A DNA stretch of 64,000 nucleotides, taken from the NCBI GenBank assembly GCA_965248805.1, contig CBDFKJ010000008.1, forward strand, positions 316,209 through 380,208, read 5' to 3'. Origin of the DNA: Alphaproteobacteria bacterium (GTDB lineage Bacteria; Pseudomonadota; Alphaproteobacteria; UBA6615). The notes beneath the pieces were generated by a model. It did not search any database. It was not told where the DNA came from and saw nothing but the letters and a program-made list of their open reading frames with translations. Both the position numbers and the translations under genes were made by a program. The stretch's first letter is position 1. Each line of letters starts with the position of its first letter. Positions 31,536 through 43,107 of this stretch are shown here, piece after piece.

Positions 31536-32673
31536 TAGTGGATTGATTCCAACGTTTGGAACCCTCGGTTTCGGGCTGCGATGATGTCGTCGGGGTCGGC
31601 TTTCGATATGAATGGCTGTGGGTTGGCCGCATTGTATTCGCGGACGAAGCGGTTGATTGCGGCCTGGAGATCGACGACGGAATGGAAGACGCCGTGCTTG
31701 AGCCGCCGCCGGGTGAGTTTTGCGAAGAAGCCCTCGACGGCATTGAGCCACGAGCAGGAGGTCGGTGTGAAGTGGAAAGTCCAGCGCGGATGGCGGGCGA
31801 GCCAGGCGCGGACCTTGTCCTTGTTGTGCGCCGCGTAGTTGTCGACGATCGCGTGGATGGCCTTGTCCGCCGGCACCGTGCGCTCGATGCGGTTGAGGAA
31901 GCGGATGAACTCCTGATGGCGGTGGCGCTGCATGTTCTGGCCGATCACCGTTCCGTCCAGAACGTTGAGCGCCGCAAACAGCGTGGTCGTGCCGTGCCGT
32001 TTGTAGTCATGGTGCCGGCGCGTCCCTTCTTCATCGGCAGACCGGCGGTCGAGCGCCTGGATCTGTGACTTCTCATCGATCGACAACACCACCGCATGGG
32101 CCGGCGGGTCGACATACAGGCCGACGATATCGGTGAGTTTCTCGGCGAAGGCAGGGTCGGTCGACAGCTTGAAGTTGCGCCAGCGGTGCGGGCTGAGACC
32201 GTGAGCCTTCCAGATCGCCTGCACCGTCGAGGCGGCAATACCGGCCGCCCTGGCGATCGCGCGCAACGTCCAGTGGGTCGCCTCAAACGGCGGCGGTTGC
32301 TGCGTCAGGCGCACGATCTCGGCGACACGATCGAGCGGGACCGGCGCCTCGCCGGGCGGACGGGACTTGTCGCGAAGCAGGCCGCCGACACCCTCGTGCA
32401 TGAACCGCTCTTGCCAGCGCCACACGCAGGTCTTGGACTTGCCGGTCTCGGTCATGATCGCCGAGGTGCCCAGACCCTCGCCGCTGAGAAGGACAATATG
32501 TGCCCGCCAGACGTGTTTCTGCGGGCTCTTGGGATCCGCGACGACCGCGCGCAATCGCTGACGGTCGCCGGCGGATAGGGTGAAGGAGATTCCACTGCGC
32601 ATGCGCCAGATTCGCATACCACAGCAAAATACGGAATCCCAATTCGGACTCTTTCATTCCGATCAATCCACTA
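31536..32673 (-). mobile_element. IS630 family element, copy 1 (transposase 31535-32617)
   Basis: IRs TAGTGGATTGAT / ATCAATCCACTA, CTAG at both junctions, and DEKSQIQAL, DNY, SWLNAVE motifs. Confidence 0.95.
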
Positions 32674-32674
32674 G

Positions 32675-33794
32675 ATGCCCAAATCTAAACCGATTATCGT
32701 GCCGTTTCTCAAGTGGGCTGGCGGAAAGCGCTGGCTCACTGCGAGCTACCATTGGTTATTTCCGCAACAGTTTGAGAGCCGTTCCGGGAAGTAGAGATTC
32801 ACGAGCAAGGGCTTGGCCGGGTCAAGCGTCGCAGCATGATGCGGATCATGGCGAGGTGGATGAAAGCGACGACAGAACGGACGTGGCGTTCGAAGTCGCG
32901 CGCCAGCCGGCGGCAACGGACGATCCAGGCGAAGGTGCGCTCGACGATCCAGCGCTTCGGCAGCACCTCGAAGCGCGGCACGCTGTTGCGCTTGACGATC
33001 TCCAGCCGCCAGGCGCCGGTCTTCGCCACCACGGCAGCCATCTTTGGTCCCTGGTAGCCGCCGTCGGCGTAGATCACCTCGATGAACGGAAACAGCCGGC
33101 GTGTCCGGCGCAGCAGTGTGGCCGCGCCATCGCGGTCCTGCACGTTGCCGGGATGCACGACGAGGCCCAGCATCAGGCCGAGCGTATCGACCAGGATGTG
33201 CCGCTTGCGGCCGGTGAGCTTCTTGCCCGCGTCGAAGCCCTGCGGATCGATCGACGCCCCCCTTTTTGCGCCGCTTTGGCGCTCTGGCTGTCGATGATGG
33301 CCGCGCTCGGACTGGCTTCGCGGCCCGCGCGCTCGCGCACCGCCACGTAGAGCTCATGATGGATGCGAGCCAGGGTGCCGTCCCATTCCCACAGGTCGAA
33401 GTAGTCGTACACCGTGCTCTTCGGCGGCAGGTCCTTGGGCAGCGCGGTCCACTGGCAGCCGGTCGACAGCACGTAGAAGATGCCGTTCAGGACTTCGCGG
33501 ACATCGACCGTCCGCTTACGCCCACCGTGCTTCGCCGGTGGGATCAGCGGCTCGATCAGCGCCCATTCGGCGTCGGTCAGATCACTCGGATAGCGAAGCC
33601 GGCCACGGTCGGCGGCCGCGCGGTGTTCAGGCTTCCACATCGGGCACCCCAAAGCAGTTGGACAGGTGACAGACAATAAAACACAACCGATTCCGACGAC
33701 TCAAAAACTTTCCGGAACCGCTCTGAGAGATACTTCGAGCCATTTCTCGGAAGCGCCGCGGTCTTCTTCCATTTGCAGCCGCAACGCGCTATAC
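32675..33794 (+). pseudogene. Dam-like DNA adenine methyltransferase, interrupted by IS5 and truncated by IS256
   Basis: Removing the IS gives MPKSKPIIVPFLKWAGGKRWL...PQQF|ERYFEPFLGSAAVFF in frame. Confidence 0.8.
32776..33723 (-). mobile_element. IS5 family (IS1031-like) element with a two-frame transposase (33640-32799)
   Basis: IRs GAGCCGTTCCGGGAAG / GAGCGGTTCCGGAAAG and a 3-bp TGA duplication. Motifs YPSDLTDAEW, IIDSQS and RWIVERTFAW; A5G6 run at the frame change. Confidence 0.9.
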
Positions 33795-36263
33795 GATCGT
33801 GTCCCATGGAGTGGTGTAGCTGACGGCAGATGGTCGCGCGCTCCGGCATGGGCCGGGATGATCAGCGTGCGACAGCTGGCAGGCTGATGAGAGGATCATC
33901 TAACCGTGCCTATCCGGTTAATTCGTACACCCACTACATGTAGGATGCTTCCGCTCGCCGGAATATAGCTCGCGTAGGTTGGAGCCTCGGCCTCTCCTGC
34001 GATTCCGAGCAATGAGCGGAAGGCGTTGAACGGGTAAAACCGCCTGTTGAAGCGGAACGTGAACTCATTGAGGTAGGCTTGTAGATGCTTTGCGCTCACG
34101 CCATGGTGGATGCCACTGAGCCAATTCTTCAGGTTGCTGAAGACGAGGTGGATGATCGGCATGAACTCTTCGGCCACCTCGGGGTCGCCGCATTCGGCAA
34201 TGGCGTGGTGATCATAGCCGCGTGTCCGCAAGCTGCCATAGCCACTCCAATCGTCGGTGACGATCAGCGACCCCGGCATAACGGCGTTCTCGACGAAGCC
34301 ACATAGCGAATCGGCGCTGCGGTCGGCAGCGACGGACAGCCGCACGCGCCCGGCGTAGCGGCCATCCTTCCGCTTGTCCTGCGCGGTGCCGGGCTCCCTG
34401 TGGCTGACTTCGACGGCAGCAGCCACCAGCGTCTTGTGGTGAACGCCTCGGCCTTCACCACGCATCCGGCCTCCAACATAGGTTTCGTCCACCTCGACAT
34501 GCTCTCCTGCCCTGGCACCGATCCGATCCTGATCGGGCCGCACCATACCCGCGCGGAGCTTATGCAGGATGCCGAAGGCGGTTTCGTACCGCGTCAGCCC
34601 AAGCTGCCGCTGAAACTGCACCGCCGACATGCCCGGCGTCTGGCTGGCGACCAGATAGGCGGCCCAAAACCACGTGCTCAAAGGCGTGTGGCTGCGCTCC
34701 ATGACCGTGCCGACGGTCAATCCCGTCTGGCGGCGGCAAGCGCGACAGGTCAGGACGCCAGGCCGCGTGGCGATGCGGAAAGGTTCACCCACGACGCCGC
34801 AGCGCGGGCAGGCGAACCCGTCACCCCAGCGAGCCCTTTCCAGGTAGGCGGCGCACGCCGCATCGTCGGAGAAAAGTCGCTGAAACTCGGGGAGGGATTG
34901 CGGGAAGGGCAGGTCGGTGCGGTCGAGAACGTCCATGACCCACTATCCGTTGTACGCACACAACCTATCCCTAGTGGGTGTATGCGTCAAGCGGATAGGA
35001 ACGCATCATTCATCTGGGCGATGGTTTCCAGGGTCATGTATCTGGCCCGTTGCACGACCCACTCATCGTTCTGTTCGAGCAGGAGCGCGCCGACCAGCCG
35101 GACGATGGCATCATCGTTGGGGAAAATGCCGACGACGTCGGTCCTGCGCTTGATCTCGCCGTTGAGGCGCTCGATCGGATTGGTGCTGTGCAGCTTGGCG
35201 CGATGCTCCTTGGGGAAGGTCATGTATGCCAACACATCGGGCTCGGCGTCGTCCATGATGGCGGCAAGCTTCGGGACCTTCGTTCGGATCTGATCGGCGA
35301 CGGCACGCCATTGAAGGCTCGCCGCCTCGGCCGTCCCCTGTGCGAACGCGGTGGCGATGAAGGCCGAGACGACGCGCCGCCCGTTCTTCCCGGCATGGGC
35401 GAGCACGTTGCGCATGAAGTGGACGCGGCAACGCTGCCATGTGGCGCACAGCACCTTGGTGACGGCGGCCTTCAAGCCTTCATGCGCATCGGAGACGACG
35501 AGCTTGACGCCGCGCAGTCGCGTCAGCTTGCGCAGGAACTCCGTCCAGATCGGCTCGGCCTCGGAGGTGCCGATCTCCATGCCCAGCACCTCGCGCCGGC
35601 CGTCGCTGTTGACGCCGACGGCGATGATGACGGCGACCGACACGATGCGTCCGCCGCGACGGACCTTCAGATAGGTCGCGTCGATCCACAGGTACGGCCA
35701 GTCACCTTCGATCGGCCGCTCCAGAAAAGCCTTCACCTTGCCGTCGATCTCCTCGCACAGCCGGCTGACCTGGCTCTTCGAGATGCCGCTCATGCCCATC
35801 GCCTTGACCAGGTCGTCGACCGACCGCGTCGAGATGCCCTGGACATAGGCTTCCTGGATAACAGCGGTCAGCGCCTTCTCGGCCATGCGGCGCGGCTCAA
35901 GAAAGCTCGGGAAGAAGGAGCCCTTCCTCAGCTTGGGAATGCGCAGCTCGGCGGTCGCCGCCCGCGTCTCCCAGTCGCGGTCACGGTAGCCGTTGCGCTG
36001 AGCCTGCCGCAGCGGGTTCCTCTCGCCATAGGCGGCGCCAGTAGACGCGCCCACCTCCAGTTCCATCAACCGCTCGGCGGCAAAGCCGATCATCTCACGC
36101 AACAGATCGGCGTCCGCTGACTTTTCCACAAGCGTGCGCAGGTTCATCATGTCATCGGTCATCGGTGGTCCTTCCGGTCAAAGGTTGGTGTCGCAACCAG
36201 ACCCTACCGGAAAGCGCCGATGACCAATGCGCGCCGAGCTACACCACTTCCGGGGACATCACC
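33795..36263 (-). mobile_element. IS256 family element (transposase from 36162), 3' end interrupted by IS1595
   Basis: 27-bp IRs sharing TGTCCC..AGTGGTGTAGCT and motifs [21 protein letters not shown]. The C-terminal DDPLISLPAVAR* is found left of the IS1595. Confidence 0.9.
33905..35003 (-). mobile_element. IS1595 family element, copy 1 (transposase from 34936)
   Basis: Zn ribbon CPRC/CRAC, VEVDETY, TDDWSGY and YLNEFTFRFN; nearly identical to 61322-62420. Confidence 0.95.
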
Positions 36264-36264
36264 C

Positions 36265-37856
<1,592 letters not shown>

Positions 37857-37975
37857 GGCGCGGTGCACGGTACGCCAAGCGCGCGGCAGCGACAAGCCAG
37901 CGCGCCGCGCGCCAGCTTGCTCTCGCGCAGCTTCTCCGCGAAAGTATCAAGGTCGCTGAACACGTGGGGGAGCAG

Positions 37976-38377
37976 ATGAGTACGGATGATGCCGACGGTG
38001 ACGCTCAGTGGCGTGAGCGGCTGACGCCCGAGCAGTACCGGGTGGCACGCCTGGGCGGCACCGAACGCGCTTTTACCGGCGCCTACTGGAACACGAAGGA
38101 CGCCGGGGTCTACCGCTGTGTATGCTGCGGCAGCGAGCTTTTCGCCAGTGACCACAAGTTCGATTCCGGCACCGGCTGGCCCAGCTACTGGCAGCCGGTC
38201 GGCAAGGAGAACGTCGTTACGGCGGCGGATGACAGCCTGGGAATGGCGCGCACCGAGGCGCTGTGCGGCAAATGTAACGCGCATCTGGGCCACGTGTTCG
38301 ACGATGGGCCTGAGCCCACCGGTCAGCGGTACTGCATCAACTCGGCATCGCTGAACTTCGAGCCCAAAGACGAGTGA
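37976..38377 (+). CDS. msrB: peptide methionine (R)-sulfoxide reductase
   Basis: [25 protein letters not shown] and RYCINS. Confidence 0.95.
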   Translation: MSTDDADGDAQWRERLTPEQYRVARLGGTERAFTGAYWNTKDAGVYRCVCCGSELFASDHKFDSGTGWPSYWQPVGKENVVTAADDSLGMARTEALCGKCNAHLGHVFDDGPEPTGQRYCINSASLNFEPKDE

Positions 38378-38383
38378 TCGGCG

Positions 38384-39370
38384 TTATCCGCTGCGACGCC
38401 GGGCGCCTGCTGGCGCGTCTTCCGGCGTGCGCCGCGTCAACTCGAGGAAGATATCCTCCAGATCCGGCTCCTCCGTCGACAGGTCCTTGATCGTCAGGCC
38501 TGCCGTCGCGGCTGCGGCCAGAATCGCCCCGATATCGGTCTGGCGCGTGTGATAGGCGACGTTGAGCGTGTGCGGATCGCCCAACTGAGCGCCATACGCC
38601 GCCAACGGCGCCGGCACCGCATCCAAAACTTCGGCGACGGTCAGCGACAATTCCTTGCGGTCCATGCGGCGGATGAGTTGATCGGTCGGCTCGCAGGCGA
38701 TCAGCCGTCCATGATTGATAATGGCGATGCGGTCGCATAGCTGCTCCGCCTCTTCCAGATAGTGGGTGGTCAGCACCACCGTGGTGCCGGCCTCGTTGAG
38801 CGCCTGCACATTGGCCCATAGATGTTGTCGCAACTCGATATCCACGCCGGCGGTCGGCTCGTCGAGGATAAGGACGGGCGGGCTGTGCACCATTGCCTTA
38901 CCGACCAGCAGGCGGCGCCGCATGCCGCCGGACAGCGTCCGGGCGTAGGCGTCGGCGACGTCGCTCAGGCTCAGCGAGGCGAGGATCTGCTCGGTGCGCC
39001 GTTCGCGCTTCGGCACGCCATAGAGCCCGGCATGCAAGTCGAGAAGCTCGCGCGGGGTGAAAAACGGGTCGATGTTGAGCTCTTGCGGCACCACGCCGAT
39101 GGCGCCGCGGGCCGCGCGCGGATCGTCGTCGATGTTGATATCCCACACCCGCGCGCGTCCTCCGGTCTTCAGGACCAGGCCGGCCAGGATGTTGATGAAC
39201 GTCGACTTGCCGGCGCCGTTCGGCCCCAACAGGCCGAACAGACTGCCGCGTGGCACGGCCAAGTCGATGGACTTGAGCGCATGGCTGGGCGGACGGGTGC
39301 CGCTTGCGGCATAGACCTTATCCAGGCCATTTGCCTCGATGGCGTTGGCGGGCAGCGGGCTGGCGTTCAT
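38384..39370 (-). CDS. ABC transporter ATP-binding protein (YadG-like)
   Basis: GPNGAGKST, LSGGMRRR, DEPTAGVD and TTHYLEEAE. Confidence 0.9.
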   Translation of the reverse strand: MNASPLPANAIEANGLDKVYAASGTRPPSHALKSIDLAVPRGSLFGLLGPNGAGKSTFINILAGLVLKTGGRARVWDINIDDDPRAARGAIGVVPQELNIDPFFTPRELLDLHAGLYGVPKRERRTEQILASLSLSDVADAYARTLSGGMRRRLLVGKAMVHSPPVLILDEPTAGVDIELRQHLWANVQALNEAGTTVVLTTHYLEEAEQLCDRIAIINHGRLIACEPTDQLIRRMDRKELSLTVAEVLDAVPAPLAAYGAQLGDPHTLNVAYHTRQTDIGAILAAAATAGLTIKDLSTEEPDLEDIFLELTRRTPEDAPAGARRRSG

Positions 39371-39497
39371 GGTTGGATTTTCCCGCGCAGGCGTTGCGGC
39401 TCAAAGCGCGGCGCATTATGACAACCGCTGGCTCCGGCGCACCGGTAACACCGCGTCCGGGGCGGGGTCAAACTCGCAAAGCCGAGACGGACGCGTG

Positions 39498-39692
39498 ATG
39501 GCAGCAACCGAGCCAACGGAGCTGATCGTCGTCGACACCGGCACCGTCGCCTGCGATGGCGGGTCCGATCCGTCCGGGCACCCGCGCGTTTTCCTGAATC
39601 TGGGTGACGACCGCCAGGTCGACTGTCCCTATTGCGGCCGTCGATACATGCTCGCGCCGCCGGACGAGGCGTCGGCCGCGCCGAGCGACTAG
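39498..39692 (+). CDS. zf-CHCC zinc-finger protein
   Basis: ACDGG...GHPRVFL...CPYCG. Confidence 0.85.
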   Translation: MAATEPTELIVVDTGTVACDGGSDPSGHPRVFLNLGDDRQVDCPYCGRRYMLAPPDEASAAPSD

Positions 39693-39709
39693 GCGGCGGC
39701 GCCGGCACT

Positions 39710-42511
39710 ATGGCCAAGGCCGCGGAGAACGAGAACCCGCATCGCCTCTTCCTGGTCGACGGATCGGGCTACATCTTCCGCGCCTATCACGCCCTACCGG
39801 CAATGAACCGCCCCGACGGCACGCCGGTCAATGCGGTGTACGGCTTCTGCAACATGTTGCTGAAGCTGATGAACGACGCTGACACCGACGGCATGGCGGT
39901 GATTTTCGACGCTGGCAGTGAGAGCTTCCGCAATGACATCTATCCCGATTACAAGGCGCACCGGCCCGAGGCGCCGGAGGATCTGGTGCCGCAGTTTGCG
40001 TTGATCCGTGAAGCGACGCGGGCCTTCGCGATGCCGTGCATCGAGTTGGAGGGCTACGAGGCGGACGATCTGATCGCCACCTATGCGCGGCGTGCGCGCG
40101 AGGCCGGGCTGGAGGTCGTGATCGTCTCGTCGGACAAGGACCTGATGCAGTTGGTGCGGCCCGGTGTCGAGATGCTCGACCCGATGAAGAACAAGCGCCT
40201 GACCGAAGACCAGGTGCGCGAGAAGTTCGGCGTCCTGCCGGACAAGGTGATCGACGTGCAATCGCTGGCCGGTGACAGTGTCGACAACGTGCCGGGCGTG
40301 CCGGGCATCGGCGTCAAGACCGCTGCGCAGCTGATCGACGAGTACGGCGATCTCGACAACCTCCTTGAGCATGCGCAGGAGATCAAACAACCAAAGCGGC
40401 GGCAGAACCTGATCGAGTTTGCCGAGCAGGCGCGCATCAGCCGCGAGTTGGTCACACTGAAGGATGACGTTGCGGTCGACGCTGCGATCGATTCGTTTCA
40501 TTTGGCCGAAGCCGACCGCGAGACCCTGAGTGCCTTCCTGGAGGAACAGGGGTTCAATTCGATTCTGGCCCGCCTGCGCACGCGCTGGGGTCAGACCGAG
40601 GACACTGCGGTGGCGGCGCGTCCAAGTGAGGCCGCTTATGAAATGGTCCGCGACGTCGCGGCGCTGCGATCCTGGATCGCGCGCGCGACGGGTGCGGGCG
40701 TCGTGGCCATCGACATCGAAACCACGTCGTCGAACGCAATGCGCGCCGAACTGGTCGGCGTGGCATTGGCGGTGGAGGCGGGTCACGCTTGTTACGTGCC
40801 GCTCGGACATATCGGCGAGGCGCCACCGGACGCGCTCGACCTCGACAACGCCGCAAACGACGTCGGGCCGCAGATCCTCATGGGCGACGCGCTCACCGCC
40901 TTGCGCCCGCTGATCGAGGACGCCGCTGTTTTGAAAGTCGGGCACAATCTGAAATTCGACCTCTTGGTGCTGGCGGAAGCGTTCGCCCGCGCGTTGCCGG
41001 ACGCGGCGGCGCTGGCGCCGGTCTCGATCGACGACACGATGCTATTGAGCTTCGTGCTGGACGCCGGCCGCAGCAGCCATGGTCTCGGCGAGCTTGCCGC
41101 GACCCATCTAGGTCACACGATGATCAAGCACGGCGACGTCGTGGGCACCGGCAAGAACCAGATCACGTTCGCACAGGTCGCGCTCGACGCCGCGCGCGAC
41201 TACGCGGCGGAGGTTGCCGACTACGCCTGGCGCGTTCACCGCGCGCAGAAGCGGCGGCTGGTGAGCGACCACATGGCGACGATGTACGAGTGCATCGAAC
41301 GGCCGTTGGTGCCGGTCATCGTGGCGATGGAGCGTGCCGGCATCCTGGTCGACCGCGAGGTGCTCGACCGCCTGGGCCAATCCTTCGATGCGCGCCGGCA
41401 GGTGCTGGAGGAAGAGGCGCAGAAGTTGGCGGGTACCCCGTTCAATGTCGGCTCGCCCAAGCAGCTCGGCGAAATCCTGTTTGACAGCATGGGCTTGCCC
41501 GGCGGCCGCAAGGGCAAGACCGGTGCCTATGCCACCGGCGCCGACGTGCTGGAGGAACTTGCCGCACAGGGGCAGGAGCTGCCGCGAAAAGTGCTCGATT
41601 GGCGCCTGGTCTCGAAGCTGAAGAGCACCTACACCGACGCGCTGGTCGGACAGATCCATCCGCGCACAGGCCGCGTCCACACCGCCTTCGCGATGGCGGT
41701 CGCCCAAACCGGCCGGCTGTCGTCGAACGATCCGAATCTGCAGAACATTCCGGTGCGCACCGAGGAAGGTCGGCAGATCCGAGCGGCGTTTGTCGCCCCG
41801 CCGGGGCATAAGCTGGTGTCGCTCGACTATTCGCAGATCGAGCTGCGCATCGTCGCGCAAACCGCCAATGTCGGCGCGCTGATCGAGGCCTTCGCGGCCG
41901 GCGACGATATTCATTCGCTGACCGCGAGCCAGGTATTTTCGGTGCCGATGGCCGATCTCGATCCGTTGCTGCGGCGGCAGGCCAAGGCGATCAATTTCGG
42001 CATCATCTATGGCATCAGTCCGTTCGGTCTGGCGCGCAATCTCGGCATCGAGCGCGCCGCGGCCAAGGCCTATATCGACGCCTATTTCGAGCGCTACCCC
42101 GGTATCCACGACTACATGGAGTCGATGCGCCGCGCCGCGCGTGACGACGGCGTCGTGCGCACGCTGTTCGGCCGCAAGATCCATCTCGGCGGCATACACG
42201 ACAAGAAACCGGCGGTGCGCAGCTTCGCCGAGCGTCAGGCCATCAATGCCCCCATTCAGGGTACGGCTGCGGACATCATCAAGCGCGCGATGATCCATGT
42301 GCCGCCGGCTTTAACGCAGGCCGGTTTGGGTGCCCGCATGTTGCTCCAGGTTCATGACGAACTTCTGCTCGAAGTGCCGGACAACGAGGTTTCGGCAACG
42401 GTCGGGGTGGTGCGTGCGGTCATGGAAGAAGCGCCGTTGCCGGCGCTCAGACTGCGCGTTCCGTTGGTTGCCGACGCTGGGGTCGGCGACGATTGGGCGC
42501 AAGCGCATTAG
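39710..42511 (+). CDS. polA: DNA polymerase I
   Basis: LVDGSGYIFRAYHA, GRLSSNDPNLQNIP, DYSQIELR and LQVHDEL. Confidence 0.97.
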   Translation: MAKAAENENPHRLFLVDGSGYIFRAYHALPAMNRPDGTPVNAVYGFCNMLLKLMNDADTDGMAVIFDAGSESFRNDIYPDYKAHRPEAPEDLVPQFALIREATRAFAMPCIELEGYEADDLIATYARRAREAGLEVVIVSSDKDLMQLVRPGVEMLDPMKNKRLTEDQVREKFGVLPDKVIDVQSLAGDSVDNVPGVPGIGVKTAAQLIDEYGDLDNLLEHAQEIKQPKRRQNLIEFAEQARISRELVTLKDDVAVDAAIDSFHLAEADRETLSAFLEEQGFNSILARLRTRWGQTEDTAVAARPSEAAYEMVRDVAALRSWIARATGAGVVAIDIETTSSNAMRAELVGVALAVEAGHACYVPLGHIGEAPPDALDLDNAANDVGPQILMGDALTALRPLIEDAAVLKVGHNLKFDLLVLAEAFARALPDAAALAPVSIDDTMLLSFVLDAGRSSHGLGELAATHLGHTMIKHGDVVGTGKNQITFAQVALDAARDYAAEVADYAWRVHRAQKRRLVSDHMATMYECIERPLVPVIVAMERAGILVDREVLDRLGQSFDARRQVLEEEAQKLAGTPFNVGSPKQLGEILFDSMGLPGGRKGKTGAYATGADVLEELAAQGQELPRKVLDWRLVSKLKSTYTDALVGQIHPRTGRVHTAFAMAVAQTGRLSSNDPNLQNIPVRTEEGRQIRAAFVAPPGHKLVSLDYSQIELRIVAQTANVGALIEAFAAGDDIHSLTASQVFSVPMADLDPLLRRQAKAINFGIIYGISPFGLARNLGIERAAAKAYIDAYFERYPGIHDYMESMRRAARDDGVVRTLFGRKIHLGGIHDKKPAVRSFAERQAINAPIQGTAADIIKRAMIHVPPALTQAGLGARMLLQVHDELLLEVPDNEVSATVGVVRAVMEEAPLPALRLRVPLVADAGVGDDWAQAH

Positions 42512-42633
42512 AAATTGCGCGTCGCGCCGCAATCGGAATCAAGATTGCGTCATCGCGGAAACGCGCGCTATCATCATTGCCGCGGTGACTGTTGACACCG
42601 GAATGGCTTCATCATTGCTTGAGTCTCCCAAAC

Positions 42634-43107
42634 ATGAACGACCCCAGAAGTGAGCCGGTATCCGCTATCGTCAAGTGGTTCAATCCAACGAAAGGCTACG
42701 GTTTCGTGCAACCCGCCGAAGGAGAGGGCGACGTTTTCCTACACGCCTCGGTGGTGCGCCGTTTGGGACATCACGACTTGCCGGACGGCACCAAGATTAT
42801 GTGCGACATCGTCGACGGGCCGCGAGGGCCGCAGGTCTCTGAAATCCACGATGTAACGATGGCCGATCCGCCGGACCCATCCGAACTGGACGCCGACGCG
42901 GTGACAGTGGAGGGCACGGTAAAATTCTATGACGCGGTGCGCGGCTACGGATTTGCGGTGCCGGATGACGGAAGTCGGGACATTTTCATCTCCAGCCGGT
43001 CGCTCGAGCGGTCTGGCGTGATGAACCTTGAGCCCGAGCAGCGTATTCGCATGTCGACCAGCGAGGGCAAGAAAGGACCGATGGCGCTAAGCGTCGAAAC
43101 ATTATAG
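42634..43107 (+). CDS. tandem cold-shock-domain protein
   Basis: Two CSDs: VKWFNPTKGYGF and VKFYDAVRGYGF. Confidence 0.85.
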   Translation: MNDPRSEPVSAIVKWFNPTKGYGFVQPAEGEGDVFLHASVVRRLGHHDLPDGTKIMCDIVDGPRGPQVSEIHDVTMADPPDPSELDADAVTVEGTVKFYDAVRGYGFAVPDDGSRDIFISSRSLERSGVMNLEPEQRIRMSTSEGKKGPMALSVETL

